From NCBI RefSeq assembly GCF_002113885.1, contig NW_018408912.1, forward strand, positions 520,947-584,946: a stretch of DNA of 64,000 bases. The letters run 5' to 3'. Made by a program: the position numbers and the translations under genes. The stretch comes from Mizuhopecten yessoensis. Lineage: Eukaryota. Shown here one piece after another: positions 11,751-25,789 of this stretch. Under the pieces are notes generated by a model that saw only the letters and a program-made list of their open reading frames with translations, did no database searches and was not told where the DNA came from. Position 1 is the stretch's first letter. Every line of letters begins with the position of its first letter.

Positions 11751-14700
11751 CTGACAAACTACAAATACCATATGACGAACTACCTAAACAACATGACGAA
11801 CTACATATACCACTTGACGAACTGCATATACCACATGACGAACTACCTAAACCACATGACAAACTACCTAAACCACATGACGAACTACCTTAACCACATG
11901 ACGAACTACCTAAACAACATAACGAACTACCTAAACCACATGACGAACTACCTTAACCACATGACGAACTACCTAAACCACAAAACGAACTAGGCAAACC
12001 ATATGACGAACTACGGAAACCACATGACGAACTACCTTAACCACATGACGAACTTCCTAAACCACATGACGAACTACCTAAACCACATGACGAACTACTT
12101 ATACCACATGACGAACTACATAAACCACATGACGAACTACCTAAACCACATGGCGAACTGCATAAATAACATGATGAACTACCTAAACAACATGACGAAC
12201 TGCATAAACCACATGACGAACTACCTAAACCACATGACGAACTACATAAACAACATGATGAACTACCTAAACCACATGACGAACTACATAAACAACATGA
12301 TGAACTACCTAAACCACATGACGAACTACATAAACCACATGACGAACTACGTAAACCACATGATGAACTACCTAAACCGCATGACGAACTACCTAAACCA
12401 CATGACGAACAGCATAAACAACCTGATGAACTACATAAACCACATAACGAACTACCTAATCCACATGACGAACAGCATAAACAACATGATGAACTACATA
12501 AACCACATAAACTTATACCACATGACGAACTACATAAACCACATGACGAACTACATAAACCACATGACGAACTACGTAAACCACATGATGAACTACCTAA
12601 ACCGCATGACGAACTACCTAAACCACATGACGAACTACTTATACCACATGACGAACTACATAAACCACATGACGAACTGCATAAACCACATGATGAACTA
12701 CCTAAACCACATGACGAACTACATAAACCACATGACGAACTGCATAAACCACATGATGAACTACATATACCACATGACGAACTACATATACCACATGACG
12801 AACTACCTAAACCACATGACGAACAGCATAAACAACCTGATGAACTACATAAACCACATAACGAACTACCTAATCCACATGACGAACTGCATAAACAACA
12901 TGACGAACTTCATATACCACATGACGAACTGAATAAACAACATGATGAACTACATAATCCACACGATGAACTACATATACCACATGACGAACTACCTAAA
13001 TCACATGACGAACGATCTAAATCACATGACGAACTGCCTAAACAACATGATGAACTACATACACTACATGACGATCTACATATACCACATGACAAACTAC
13101 ATAAACCACATGACGAACTGCATAAACCACATGATGAACTACATAAACCACATAACGAAATACCTAATCCACATGACGAACAGCATAAACAACATGATGA
13201 ACTACATAAACTACATGACTATCTACATATACCACATGACAAACTACCTAAATCACATGACGAACTATCTAAATCACATGACGAACTACCTAAACCACGT
13301 GACGAACTACCTAAACCACATAACAAACTACATACACCACATTACGAACTACATATACAATAATCCGAACTTCATATACCACATGACGAACTATCTAAAC
13401 CACATGACGAACTACATATATCACATAACGAAATAAATAAACCACATGACGAACTACCTAAACCACATGATGAACTACATAAACCACATGACGAACTACC
13501 TAAACCACACGACGAACTTCCTTAACCACATGACGAACAACCTAAACCACATGACGAACTTTCTAAACCACATGACTAACTACGTAAACCACATGATGAA
13601 CTACCTAAACCACACGACGAACTTCCTTAACCACATGACGAACAACCTTAACCACATGACGAAATACCTAAACCACATGACGAACTGCATAAACAACATG
13701 ATGAGCTACATAAACCACATAACGAACTACCTAAACCACATGACGAACTGCATAAACTGACGAACTGCATAAACAACATGATGAACTACATACACCACAT
13801 GACAAACTTCCTAAACCATATGACGAACTACCTAAACCACATGACGAACTGCATAAACAACATGACGAACTTCATATACCACATGACAAACTACATAAAC
13901 CACATGACGAACTACATATACCACATAACGAACTACATAAACCACATGACGAACTACCTAAACCATATGACGAACAACCTAAACCACATGACGAACTTTC
14001 TAAACCACATGACTAACTACGTAAACCACATGATGAACTACCTAAACCCCATGACGAACTACCTAAACCACATGACGAACTACATAAACAACATGATGAA
14101 CTACATAAACCACATAACGAACTACCTAAACCACATGACAAACTACCTAAACCACATAACGAACTACATATACCATATTACGAACTTCATATATCACATG
14201 ACGAACAGCATAAACAACATGATGAACTACATAAACTACATGACGATCTACATATACCACAAGACGAACTACCTAAATCACATGACGAACTATCTACATC
14301 ACATGACGAACTACCTAAACCACATGACGAACTACATATACCACATAACGAACTACGTAAACCACATGACGAACTACGTAAACCACATGATGAACTACCT
14401 AAACCCCATGACGAACTACCTAAACCACATGACGAACTACATATACCACATAACGAACTACATAAACAACATGACGAACTACCTAAACCCCATGATGAAC
14501 TACATAAACCACATGACGAACTACGTAAACCACATGATGAACTACCTAAACCCCATGACGAACTACCTAAACCACATGACGAACTAAATAAACCACATGA
14601 CGAACTACCTAAACCACAAGATGAACTACCTAAACCACATAACGAACTACATATACCACATGACGAACTACATACCCCACATGACGAACTGCATAAACAA

Positions 14701-17700
14701 CATGACGAACTACCTAAACCACATGACGAACTGCATAAACTGACGAACTGCATAAACAACATGATGAACTACACGAACTACCTAAACCACATGACGAACT
14801 ACTTAAACCACCTGACGAACAACATAAACCACATGACGAACTTCCAAAACCACATGACGAACTACCTAAACCACATGACGAAATACTTATACCACCTGAC
14901 GGACAACATAAACCACATGATGAACTACCAAAACCACATGACGAACTGCATAAACCACCTACCTAAACCACATGACGAACTACCTAAAGCACATGACGAA
15001 CTACCACATGACGAACTATCTAAATCACATGACGAACTACCTAAACCACATGACGAACTCTTATACCACATGACGAATAACATATACCACATGACGAACT
15101 TCCTAAACCACATGACGAACTACCTAGACCTCATGACGAACTACTTATACCACATGACGAACTACATAAACCACATGACGAACTACGTAAACCACATGAC
15201 GAACTACCCAAACCACACGACGAACTTCCTTAACCACATGACGAACAACCTTAACCACATGACGAAATACCTTAACCACACGACGAACTGCATAAACCAC
15301 ATGACGAACTACCTCAACCACATGACGAATTGTATAAACAACATGATGAACTACATACACCACATGACGAACTACGTAAACCACATGACGATCTTCCTAA
15401 ACCACATGACGAACTACCTAAACCACACGACGAACTTCCTTAACCACATGACGAACAACCTTACCCACATGACGAACTACCTTAACCACATGACGAACTA
15501 CTACCTAAACCACATAACGAACTACATATACCATATTACGAACTTCATATACCTCATTACGAACTGCATAAATAAAATGATGAACTACATAAACTACATG
15601 ACGATCTACATATACCACAAGACGAACTACCTAAATCACATGACGAACTATCTAAATCACATGAACTATCTAAATCACATGACGATCTAACTAAACCACG
15701 TGAGGAACTACCTAAACCCATAACGAACTACATATACCACATTACGAACTACATATACAATATTCCGAACTTCATATACCACATGACGAACTACCTAAAC
15801 CACATGACGAATTGTATAAACAACATGATGAACTACATACACCACATGGCAAACTTCCTAAACCATATGACGAACTACCTAAACCCCATGACGAACTGCA
15901 TAAACAACATGATGAACTACCATGACGAACTTCCTAAACCACATGACGAACTACATATACCACATAACGAACTACATAAACCACATGACGAACTACCTAA
16001 ACCATATGACGAACAACCGAAACCACATGACGAACTTTCTAAACCACATGACTAACTACGTAAACCACATGATGAACTACCTAAACCACACGACGAACTT
16101 CCTTAACCACATGACGAACAACCTTAACCACATGACGAAATACCTTAACCACACGACGAACTGCATAAACCACATGACGAACTACCTAAACCACGTGACG
16201 AACTACATAAACAACATGATGAACTACATAAACCACATGACGAACTACCTAAACCATATGACGAACAACCTAAACAACATGACGAACTTTCTAAACCACA
16301 TGAGGAACTACGTAAACCACATGATGAACTACTACGTAAAACACATGACGAACTTCCTAAACCACATGACGATCTCCCTAGACCACATGACGAACTACTT
16401 ATACCTCATGACGAACTACATAAACCACATGACGAACTACCTAAACCCCATAATGAACTACATAAACCACATGACGAACTACCTAAACCATATGACGAAC
16501 AACCGAAACCACATGACGAACTTTCTAAACCACATGACGAACTACGTAAACCACATGATGAACTACCTAAACCCCATGACGAACTACCTAAACCACATGA
16601 CGAACTACTTATACCACCTGACGAACAACATAAACCACATGACGAACTACCAAAACCACATGACGAACTGCATAAACCACATGACGAACTACCTAAACCA
16701 CATGACGAACTACATAAACAACATGATGAACTACATACACCACATGACGAACTACCAAAACCACAAGACGAACTGCATAAACCACATGACAAACTACCTA
16801 AACCACACGACGAACTACCTAAACCATATGACGAACAACCGCAACCACATGACGAACTTTCTAAACCACATGACGAACTACGTAAACAACATGACAAACT
16901 ACCTAAACCACACGACGAACTTCCTTAACCACATGACGAACAACCTTAACCACATGACGAACTACCTTAACCACATGACGAACTACATAAACCATATGAC
17001 GAACTGCATAAACCACATGACGAACTGCATATACAACATGATGAACTACATAAACCACATAACGACCTACCTAATCCACATGACGAACTACCTAAATCAC
17101 ATGACGAACTATCTAAATCACATGACGAACTACCTAAACCACATGACAAACTACCTAAACCACATGACGAACTACCTAAATCACATAACGAACTACATAT
17201 ACCATATTACGAACTTCATATACCACATGACGAACTGCATAAACAACATGATGAACTACCTAAACCACATGACGAACTACCTAAATCACATGACGAACTA
17301 TCTAAATCACATGACGAACTACCTAAACCACGTGACGAACCTTCATATACCACATGACGAACTACCTAAACCACAATAACCAATCTACAAGGCTTCGACA
17401 TGACGAACTGCATAAACCACATGACGAACTCCCTAAACCACATGACGAACTAATAAACAACATGATGAACTACATAAACCACATGGCGAACTGCATAAAC
17501 CACATGACGAACTACCTAAACCACATGACGAACTAATAAACAACATGATGAACTACATAAACCACATGACGAACTTCCTAAACCACATGACGAACTACCT
17601 AAACCACATGACGAACTGCATAAACAACATGATGAACTACATAAACAACATAACGAACTACTTAAACCACATGACGAACTACCTAAACCACATGACGAAC

Positions 17701-20480
17701 TGCATAAACAACATGATGAACTACATATACCACATGACGAACTACCTAAACCACATGACGAACTACTTATACCACATGACGAATAACATATACCACATGA
17801 CGACCTCCCTAAACCACATGACGAACTACGTAAACCACATGACGAACTACATATACCACATGACGAACTACATATACCACATGACGAACTGCATAAACAA
17901 CATGACGAACTACATAAACCACATAACGAACTACCTAAACCACATGACGAACTGCATAAACCACATGACGAACTACATATACCACATGACGAACTACATA
18001 TACCACATGACGAACTACATATACCACGAACTACATAAACCACATGACGAACTACATATACCACATAACATACCACATTACGAACTACCTAAACCACATG
18101 ACGAACTACGTAAACCACATGACGAACTTCCTAAACCACATGACGAACTACCTAGACCACATGACGAACTACTTATACCACATGCCGAACTACCTAAACC
18201 ACATGACGAACTACCTAAACCACATGACGAACTACCTAAACCACTTGACGAACTGCATAAACCACATGACGAACTTCCTAAACCACAAGATGAACTACCT
18301 AAACCACATAACGAACTACATATACCACATAACGAACTACATATACCACATGACGAACTACCTAAACCACGTGACGAACTACCTAAACCACATAACGAAC
18401 TACATATACCACATAACGAACTACATAAACAACATGACGAACTACCTAAACCCCATGATGAACTACATAAACCACATGACGAACTACATATACCACATAA
18501 CGAACTTCATATACCACATGACGAACTGCATAAACAACATGATGAACTACATAAACTACATGACGATCTACATATACCACATGACGAACTACATATATGA
18601 CGAACAACCTAAACAACATGACGAACTTTCTAAACCACATGAGGAACTACGTAAACCACATGATGAACTACCTAAACCACACGACGAACTTCCTTAACCA
18701 CATGACGAACTACCTTAACCACATGACGAACTACCTTAACCACATGACGAACTGCATAAACCACATGACGAACTACCTAAACCACGTGACGAACTACATA
18801 AACAACATGATGAACTACATAAACCACATGACGAACTTCCTAAACCACATGACGAATTACCTAAAGCACATGACGAACTGCATAAACAACATGATGAACT
18901 ACATAAACCACATAACAAACTACCTAATCCACATGACGAACTGCATAAACAACATGATGATCTACATATACCACATGATGAACTACATATACCACATGAC
19001 GAACTACCTAAACCACATGACGAACTACCTAAACCACATAACTAACTACATATACCATATTACGAACTTCATATACCACATGACGAACTACCTAAACCAC
19101 ATGACGAACTACTTATACCACCTGACGGACAACATAAACCACATGAGGAACTACCAAAACCACATGACGAACTGCATAAACCACATGACGAACTACCTAA
19201 ACCACATAACGAACTACCTAAACCACATGACGAACTACCTAAATCACATGACGAACTATCTAAATCACATGACGAACTACCTAAACCACATAACGAACTA
19301 CCTAAACCACATGACGAACTACCTAAACCACATAACGAACTACATATACCATATTACGAACTTCATATACCACATGACGAACTACCTAAACCACATGACG
19401 AACTACATATACCACATAACGAACTACATATACCACATAACGAACTACATAAACCACATGACGAACTACGTATACCACATAACGAACTACATATACCACA
19501 TAACGAACTGCATAAACCACATGACGAACTACATATACCACATGACGAACTACATATAGCACATGACGAACTGCATAAACAACATGACGAACTACATAAA
19601 CCACATGACGAACTACATATACCACATGACGAACTACATATACCACATGACGAACTACATATACCACATGACGAACTACATATACCACATGACGAACTGT
19701 ATAAACAACATGACGAACTACATAAACCACATGACGAACTACATATACCAGATTACGAACTTCATATACCACATAACGAACTACATAAACCACATGACGA
19801 ACTACATAAACCACATAACGAACTACATATACCACATAACGAACTACATAAACCACATGACGAACTACATATACCACATAACGAACTACATATACCACAT
19901 AACGAACTACATATACCACATAACGAACTACATATACCACATAACGAACTACATATACCACATAACGAACTACATATACCACATAACGAACTACATATAC
20001 CACATAACGAACTACATATACCACATAACGAACTACATATACCACATAACGAACTACATATACCACATAACGAACTACATATACCACATAACGAACTACA
20101 TATACCACATAACGAACTACATATACCACATAACGAACTACATATACCACATAACGAACTACATAAACCACATGACGAACTACATATACCACATAACGAA
20201 CTACATAAACCACATGACGAACTACATATACCACATAACGAACTACATATACCACATAACGAACTACATATACCACATAACGAACTACATATACCACATA
20301 ACGAACTACATATACCACATAACGAACTACATATACCACATAACGAACTACATATACCACATAACGAACTACATATACCACATAACGAACTACATATACC
20401 ACATAACGAACTACATATACCACATAACGAACTACATATACCACATAACGAACTACATATACCACATGACGAACTACCTA
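11751..20480. repeat. ~8.7 kb satellite array of a 21-bp unit (consensus ATGACGAACTACCTAAACCAC), roughly 410 copies
   Basis: Directly visible. Variants are confined to a few positions. There is a near-homogeneous ATAACGAACTACATATACCAC block at ~19860-20460. Confidence 0.98.
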
Positions 20481-21000
20481 AAACACATGACGAATTACAC
20501 ATATATTACTGTTATTTCTGATGTGACCAAATGACGAAATACATTTGAACGATTATTGCTGACATGACGAACTACATAAACCACATGACGAACTATATAA
20601 ACCACATGAAAAACTACATATACCACATGACGAACTACATATACCACATGACGAACTACGTATACCATATTTCGAACTTAATATACCACATGACGAACTA
20701 CATATACCATATGACGAACTCAATATATCCTGAATGACGAATTTAATATGCCATATATGACGAACTACATATATATTACTGTTATTACAGATGTGACCAA
20801 ATGACGAACTACATTTGAACGAGTATTGTAGATATGACCACATGACGAATTACATATACCATATGACGAACGAAATATGTACTGCTATTACAGATCTGAC
20901 CACATGACGAACTACATATAACATATAACGAACGAAATAAGTACTATTATTGTAATTACTATATGAGGAACTTATGAACGACATATTTACTGTTATGGTC
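20481..21000. repeat. Degenerate flank of the 21-bp array with longer composite units (ATGACGAACTACATATATATTACTGTTATTACAGATGTGACCAA)
   Basis: The ATGACGAA core is interleaved with a recurring TTACTGTTATT..GATGTGACC segment at ~20505, 20776, 20880 and 20987. Confidence 0.85.
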
Positions 21001-21970
21001 TATTCTTGTCAACATGGCCACATGCCAATTACAAACCAATATGTATTGTTATCAGGCTTGACCATACGACGTCAAGACACGAAAGTATAAGAACCAGTAC
21101 GTTGCCTTTTCATTTGGTAGAAAAACAGATTCATGGTTTTGTTTTGGTCATTGATTTCAGTAGAGTATTTTCATATTTTTTATATGCGATTATGAGTTTT
21201 AAATAGGTTCTCCACAGGTTAATACAGAGTGTTTTCCTTTGTTTTGTAGTTGAAAACAGACCATTGAACCCTACTCAACAGTACAGTGACAGTAACCACG
21301 GGAATATACTACTATGTAGTCGGCTCAACATAACTCCCGTAATTTGTCATTGGGTAGCAATGGAATCGTACATTTTCAAGCATTAAGTTAATAAATATTT
21401 ATAATTCCCCACATTCTCATAATTTCAAAAACGTATGCGTGTTTACATCATTTTTTATTGTAGGACTCGACCTTCAGAGGTTAGGATGGTCAATGGTGGC
21501 AACTCTCAAATAGGAACCTCTGCTCAACTTTCATCAATTTAAATATCTTATTACCCGGACTTTCATTGAATTGATATATATATTTAACGAAAATTGTGTA
21601 ATTTATAAATTGTTTACTGATTTCTGCTCTTATGTAATATTTGATGTATAACTGTGGAGGACGTTATGTGAACCATGTTATGAAAAAAGTCCTTATGGAT
21701 TTCACTCTTGCAGGTCGGGGATCGGAAAAAAAGAACACACCTGCTGTTACCCACTCCATGCATCGTAAGAGGCGACTTATGTGGGAACCCCTCCAGAACT
21801 GGGTATTTGCTTTTGTTGTGACCTCTACTTTGGGGACAAAAAAACGACCAAAATAAATATGCTACACCCATTGCAACATTTGAGATCTTTATTTTTCCTT
21901 CTTCTTCTTCTTCTTTTTCTTCTATCTACCTTTTTATTTCCTAGCGCCTTTCTTGACAATACCTCACTTT

Positions 21971-22200
21971 TAGCTTCAATGTTGAGCGTTCGCCCAGGTG
22001 AGGCATGGCATTTCAGTTAGATAGCACTATTAAGTCGTCGTCAGATCTGCGCTTTCACAAGGAGGCAATTACACCAACATACCCTGTCTCCCACTTAAAC
22101 ACACATTGCACGCATACACAACACACATGAGGCACGTCCTTAAATGACCATAGCTGTTAATAGGCATTAAACAAAACAAAAACAAAACCAAAACCAAAAC
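21971..22200 (+). mobile_element. tRNA-derived SINE remnant (internally deleted)
   Basis: A-box-like head TAGCTTCAATGTTGAGCGTTCGCC, body with CAGTTAGATAGCACTAT, and 3' end GTCCTTAAATGACCATAGCTGTTAATAGGCATTAAAC plus an (AAAAC)n tail, resembling mollusc SINEs. No B box seen. Confidence 0.65.
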
Positions 22201-23449
22201 CTTATGGGTTTTCAAAATGTTATTTTGTTGACCAACGTTTAGATAATTCTCAATGATTACGTATTTGATTCTATGAAGTGAAACATTGTCGACGTATGTC
22301 ACCTCCATAGCATGCTAGTTTTATGTTTGCTTTGTTTTGTTTTATTGACAAGTGTATATCTCTTGCATTTGCTCCCTTCAGGACAATATATTGACCCTCA
22401 CATAGGTTTGCAAATAACAACACTTTTGCTGAACCGAAATTTTAAGATTTCTTTACCATTGCTTAAATGTCTATGCTCTTTGTTGAAGTGCATCTAGGGG
22501 TACCATGCTTATCCTCGGATTAAACAATTGCATGATTTACTGGTCAGTCTACGTTGTTAAATACTATGTCGACCCAAAATGTAAGACGTTTCCAATGCAT
22601 GTTTTGCCGGGCAAATATAAATGATCGCTGAACACACCGATTCTATCCATAGATACTTGAGTACACAGGGTTTCCACCTACAATGGGGGAAATCTACTCG
22701 AGGATGTTAGCGTGTTTTCGTGGTTCAGTGTTCGAATTAAGTTTGAGATTTCTTTTGAATATACACTTAAATTAATGTTTGTTCATAATATTTCCCCTTA
22801 GCAGCTACGTGGTAAAATTATAACACATTTATACGTTGTTTTGTAAGCATAGTGTTGTCTCGTTCACTTGTGATAGACAAGTAAATCGACCAGTGTAATT
22901 TGAAGATTCTATGCTTTAAAAAAATGTATGCAACATATGGATTCTGTTTTGCAAATCACATTGGAATTAATCTAAATGAACACGTACCCGATGAAATTGG
23001 AAGAAAAATAATAGTTTTCTCTGTAAGAAAGAAAAAGTTCTATATTAACTGTTACATTTCATATAGGCGGCATACATTGAACATATTAATTGCTTAAGAT
23101 GATGTTTGTTTAATTGACCCGTTAAATTCATTACACATTTCGTTTTTGATTGTAACATATTATACAGGGTCTGTGACAATTAACATTGGTGTGTGCTTAC
23201 CCAAAATATATCACAGAACGGTGACGCGGAGAAATAACGAAGAGAAACAATAAAAATATGAGCTCCAGATTAAATTAAGAAACCTAATGCAAAAATCAAT
23301 AAGACTTTTCGATTTTCCAACTTTGCTAGTTTTTAAATATTTTAGTTCAATAAGAACAATACAACGGATTTCCCAAAAGACCAGCAACGATTTTATTTAA
23401 TTCGTGTCTTATACTTTTATATCCCCAATATTTTATCGTATTAGTATGA

Positions 23450-24300
23450 CTACAGTCAAGTGTTTTGTATACGTTTTTTATGTCGGATAGTAAATATTCA
23501 TCCATGCCGAAAGTAGTCCGCGCCGGTAAACCAACGCCGCAATGTATAAACTACTACAATATTCGATTCATACAGCTAACACAACAGCGACGCCACGCTG
23601 TATATCGACTGCTAAAAAATCGTGTGGGGCATATGTGATCACTGTGGCTTTACCGGCGTATCCGGCTCTCTGGAAATAGATTTAATGATAAATTGGCTTT
23701 GTTATTGTTTACTACGATATGTCGTCTATAAATATGTAAATTTGGCGAATTTTATTTAATAAAACTTTAAAATCAAGCCCAAACTTTGCTATGTTTCCCT
23801 ATTGAGTTTCGATGCACGTGTTGATAAGTACAGTCTCGTTAAACTAGAGCATGTTTACTTCAAGTTATCTGCCCATACTCCGTTGCACTCGCTAATACGA
23901 CCTTCCGAACTCAAACCAACTTCAGCATAGCCTGCGCTTGGTTTCTATGTTGTATAAACCGATACGTGGGGTGGTGTTTTATAACGGGAACAGCCACAAA
24001 ATACTTTAAAGCAATTTATTTTTATGATTTCGAGTGTATTATACTTATTTCTTTAAATTTTTCGATTAGAAAAGTATTTCTCTTCATTCTCAGTTTCATA
24101 AATTGGTCCGAAAGTCTAAAGTCATATGCAAAATTCCGAGCCATATTATCGAAGGGAAAAAACGAAAGAGATACATTTGCGTGCTCAATAATATCAGGTC
24201 TGTCGCCGTATTGACGTCAGTACGAAAGCCCCTATGGCAAATTATGGCTGTTCCTTCTACCTCCCTGCGTTAGGAGTAATTTCTTTTTATTTCCAGAGAT
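23450..24300 (+). promoter_or_regulatory. CpG-enriched putative promoter region of ARID1
   Basis: CpG density is visibly higher than in the introns, 0.7-1.5 kb upstream of the first coding ATG. The TSS cannot be determined from sequence. Confidence 0.45.
24212..24219. promoter_or_regulatory. Perfect palindromic CRE (CREB/ATF site) TGACGTCA
   Basis: Exact match within the CpG-rich region ~810 bp upstream of the ATG. Function untested. Confidence 0.5.
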
Positions 24301-25021
24301 AAGGGACTATTTTCTGTAGGAATTGCTTGAAAATATAGACAATTTATCATCACCAGGAATAAAATTATAAAATAATTTTAAACAAAATACATTATTAAGC
24401 TGAACACATTCCAGTTTCATAACATAGTGCGGGAGGTGTATTGATCAGCTAATTGAAACAGCAGTATTGAAAAGAATGCCTTAGACGCATTACTGCCAGA
24501 AAATTGTGTTTATCCGCTGAGTGGACAATTTACGAAAAAGAATTCCCGAATTTGTTTGAAGGAATACCGCTTGATGATAACGTGTGTTTCAACTCGGGAA
24601 ATGTGTTATGTTAGGTACACCGGTTATTAGTGTTAAAGTTAGGGGCTCGGATTGGCAATAAGTATATATATAATACAAATGCGGAGGAATCGCTTTGATC
24701 TTCCGATATTCCCGCTTATTGAAGTGTACCGCATAATAGCACTATGTATGATAAGACCATGCTGCCATCCGACTAAGTTTTACTGTATGTACATTCAACT
24801 CAAGTGCACGACACGTGAGAAGTGACAGTTTTGGACAGAACTGTGTATGTCTGGAGGAAGAGGAATATGCTTGAATGCCGATTTAGCTTCGTCCTTGTCG
24901 TCCATTTGGGTGGGTAAACAGCATTATGCTGGATCAACTCAACTGCGTGAATAACAAAGACGGGGACATAGAGCGGTCGGACCATTCCCGACTGTCACCA
25001 ACTTTTCGGTAAGTGTTTATA

Positions 25022-25789
25022 ATGGAACATGTCAGTCCTGTTGAAAGCCAGGAAAGATATATGTTAAACAAAAAGCTTAGATCACCAAATCAACTTGGTG
25101 AAAACAACACAATGGACTCGTTTCAAGATGGAGGCCAGCAAAACATGAACACTGAACAGAATGATTTCATGAATCCAATGGACGGGCCCCACATGAATGC
25201 AGACATGAACAGTTATCCCCCATCGTCTAGAGAACAGATGATGGGGGTTGACAGTTACAGCAGAATGAATCAAAACATGCATCCTAGTCAAATGTCGGGG
25301 TATAATGCGTACAACCGAGAGAATTTCAACTCTGGCGACCAACAACATGGCGGTATGCAGATGACAGGAAGTGGCGATTTTGCAAATCAAAATTCGCCTT
25401 TCCCGGGTCAGTATTCACAATCCAATGCCAGATCAGGTTTTCAAAGCAATGTCAAGCCTGTCATGGGCTCCATACGCCCAGGAATGGCCCCACCTGGAGG
25501 GGGTATGATGCCAGGGTACCCCCAGTCACAAAGGAATATGTTGTCGGGGCAAACCATTTCACAACAAGGTGGCCCTACCCCAACACTTAATCAACTCTTA
25601 CAGAACCCAAATGCACCTCCTACCAGGATGCCATCAAACAGTTATGACTTTCCGCAGAAAGGGGGTATGGACATGGGGAACCCAAACATGCCCTATGGAA
25701 TGCAGCCTGGTTGGGGAGGGAACCAGCGACCCATGGGAAACTATCCTCAAGGTCCCATGTCAATGCCAGGAACGCCTTATAGAAATCAG
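25022..25789 (+). CDS. ARID1: ARID1/osa coding exon 1 (Q/G/M/P-rich IDR, LxxLL motif)
   Basis: ataATGg start (alternative ATG at 25112). Contains GGPTPTLNQLLQNP. Donor CAG|GTAGCG, phase 0. Confidence 0.9.

Noticed and set aside
11772-20534. Long ORFs (MTNYLNH)n / (HDELPKP)n / (VVYVVRY)n in the 21-bp array, including HDEL motifs and a heptad period
   Set aside because: A unit length divisible by 3 produces ORFs in several frames automatically. Stops and frameshifting indels recur throughout, there is no signal peptide or splice context, and HDEL only functions at a C-terminus.
23195-23600. Minus-strand donor (TGG|GTAAGC) hinting at a divergent transcript from a bidirectional promoter
   Set aside because: A single donor-like motif with no identifiable downstream exon or ORF.
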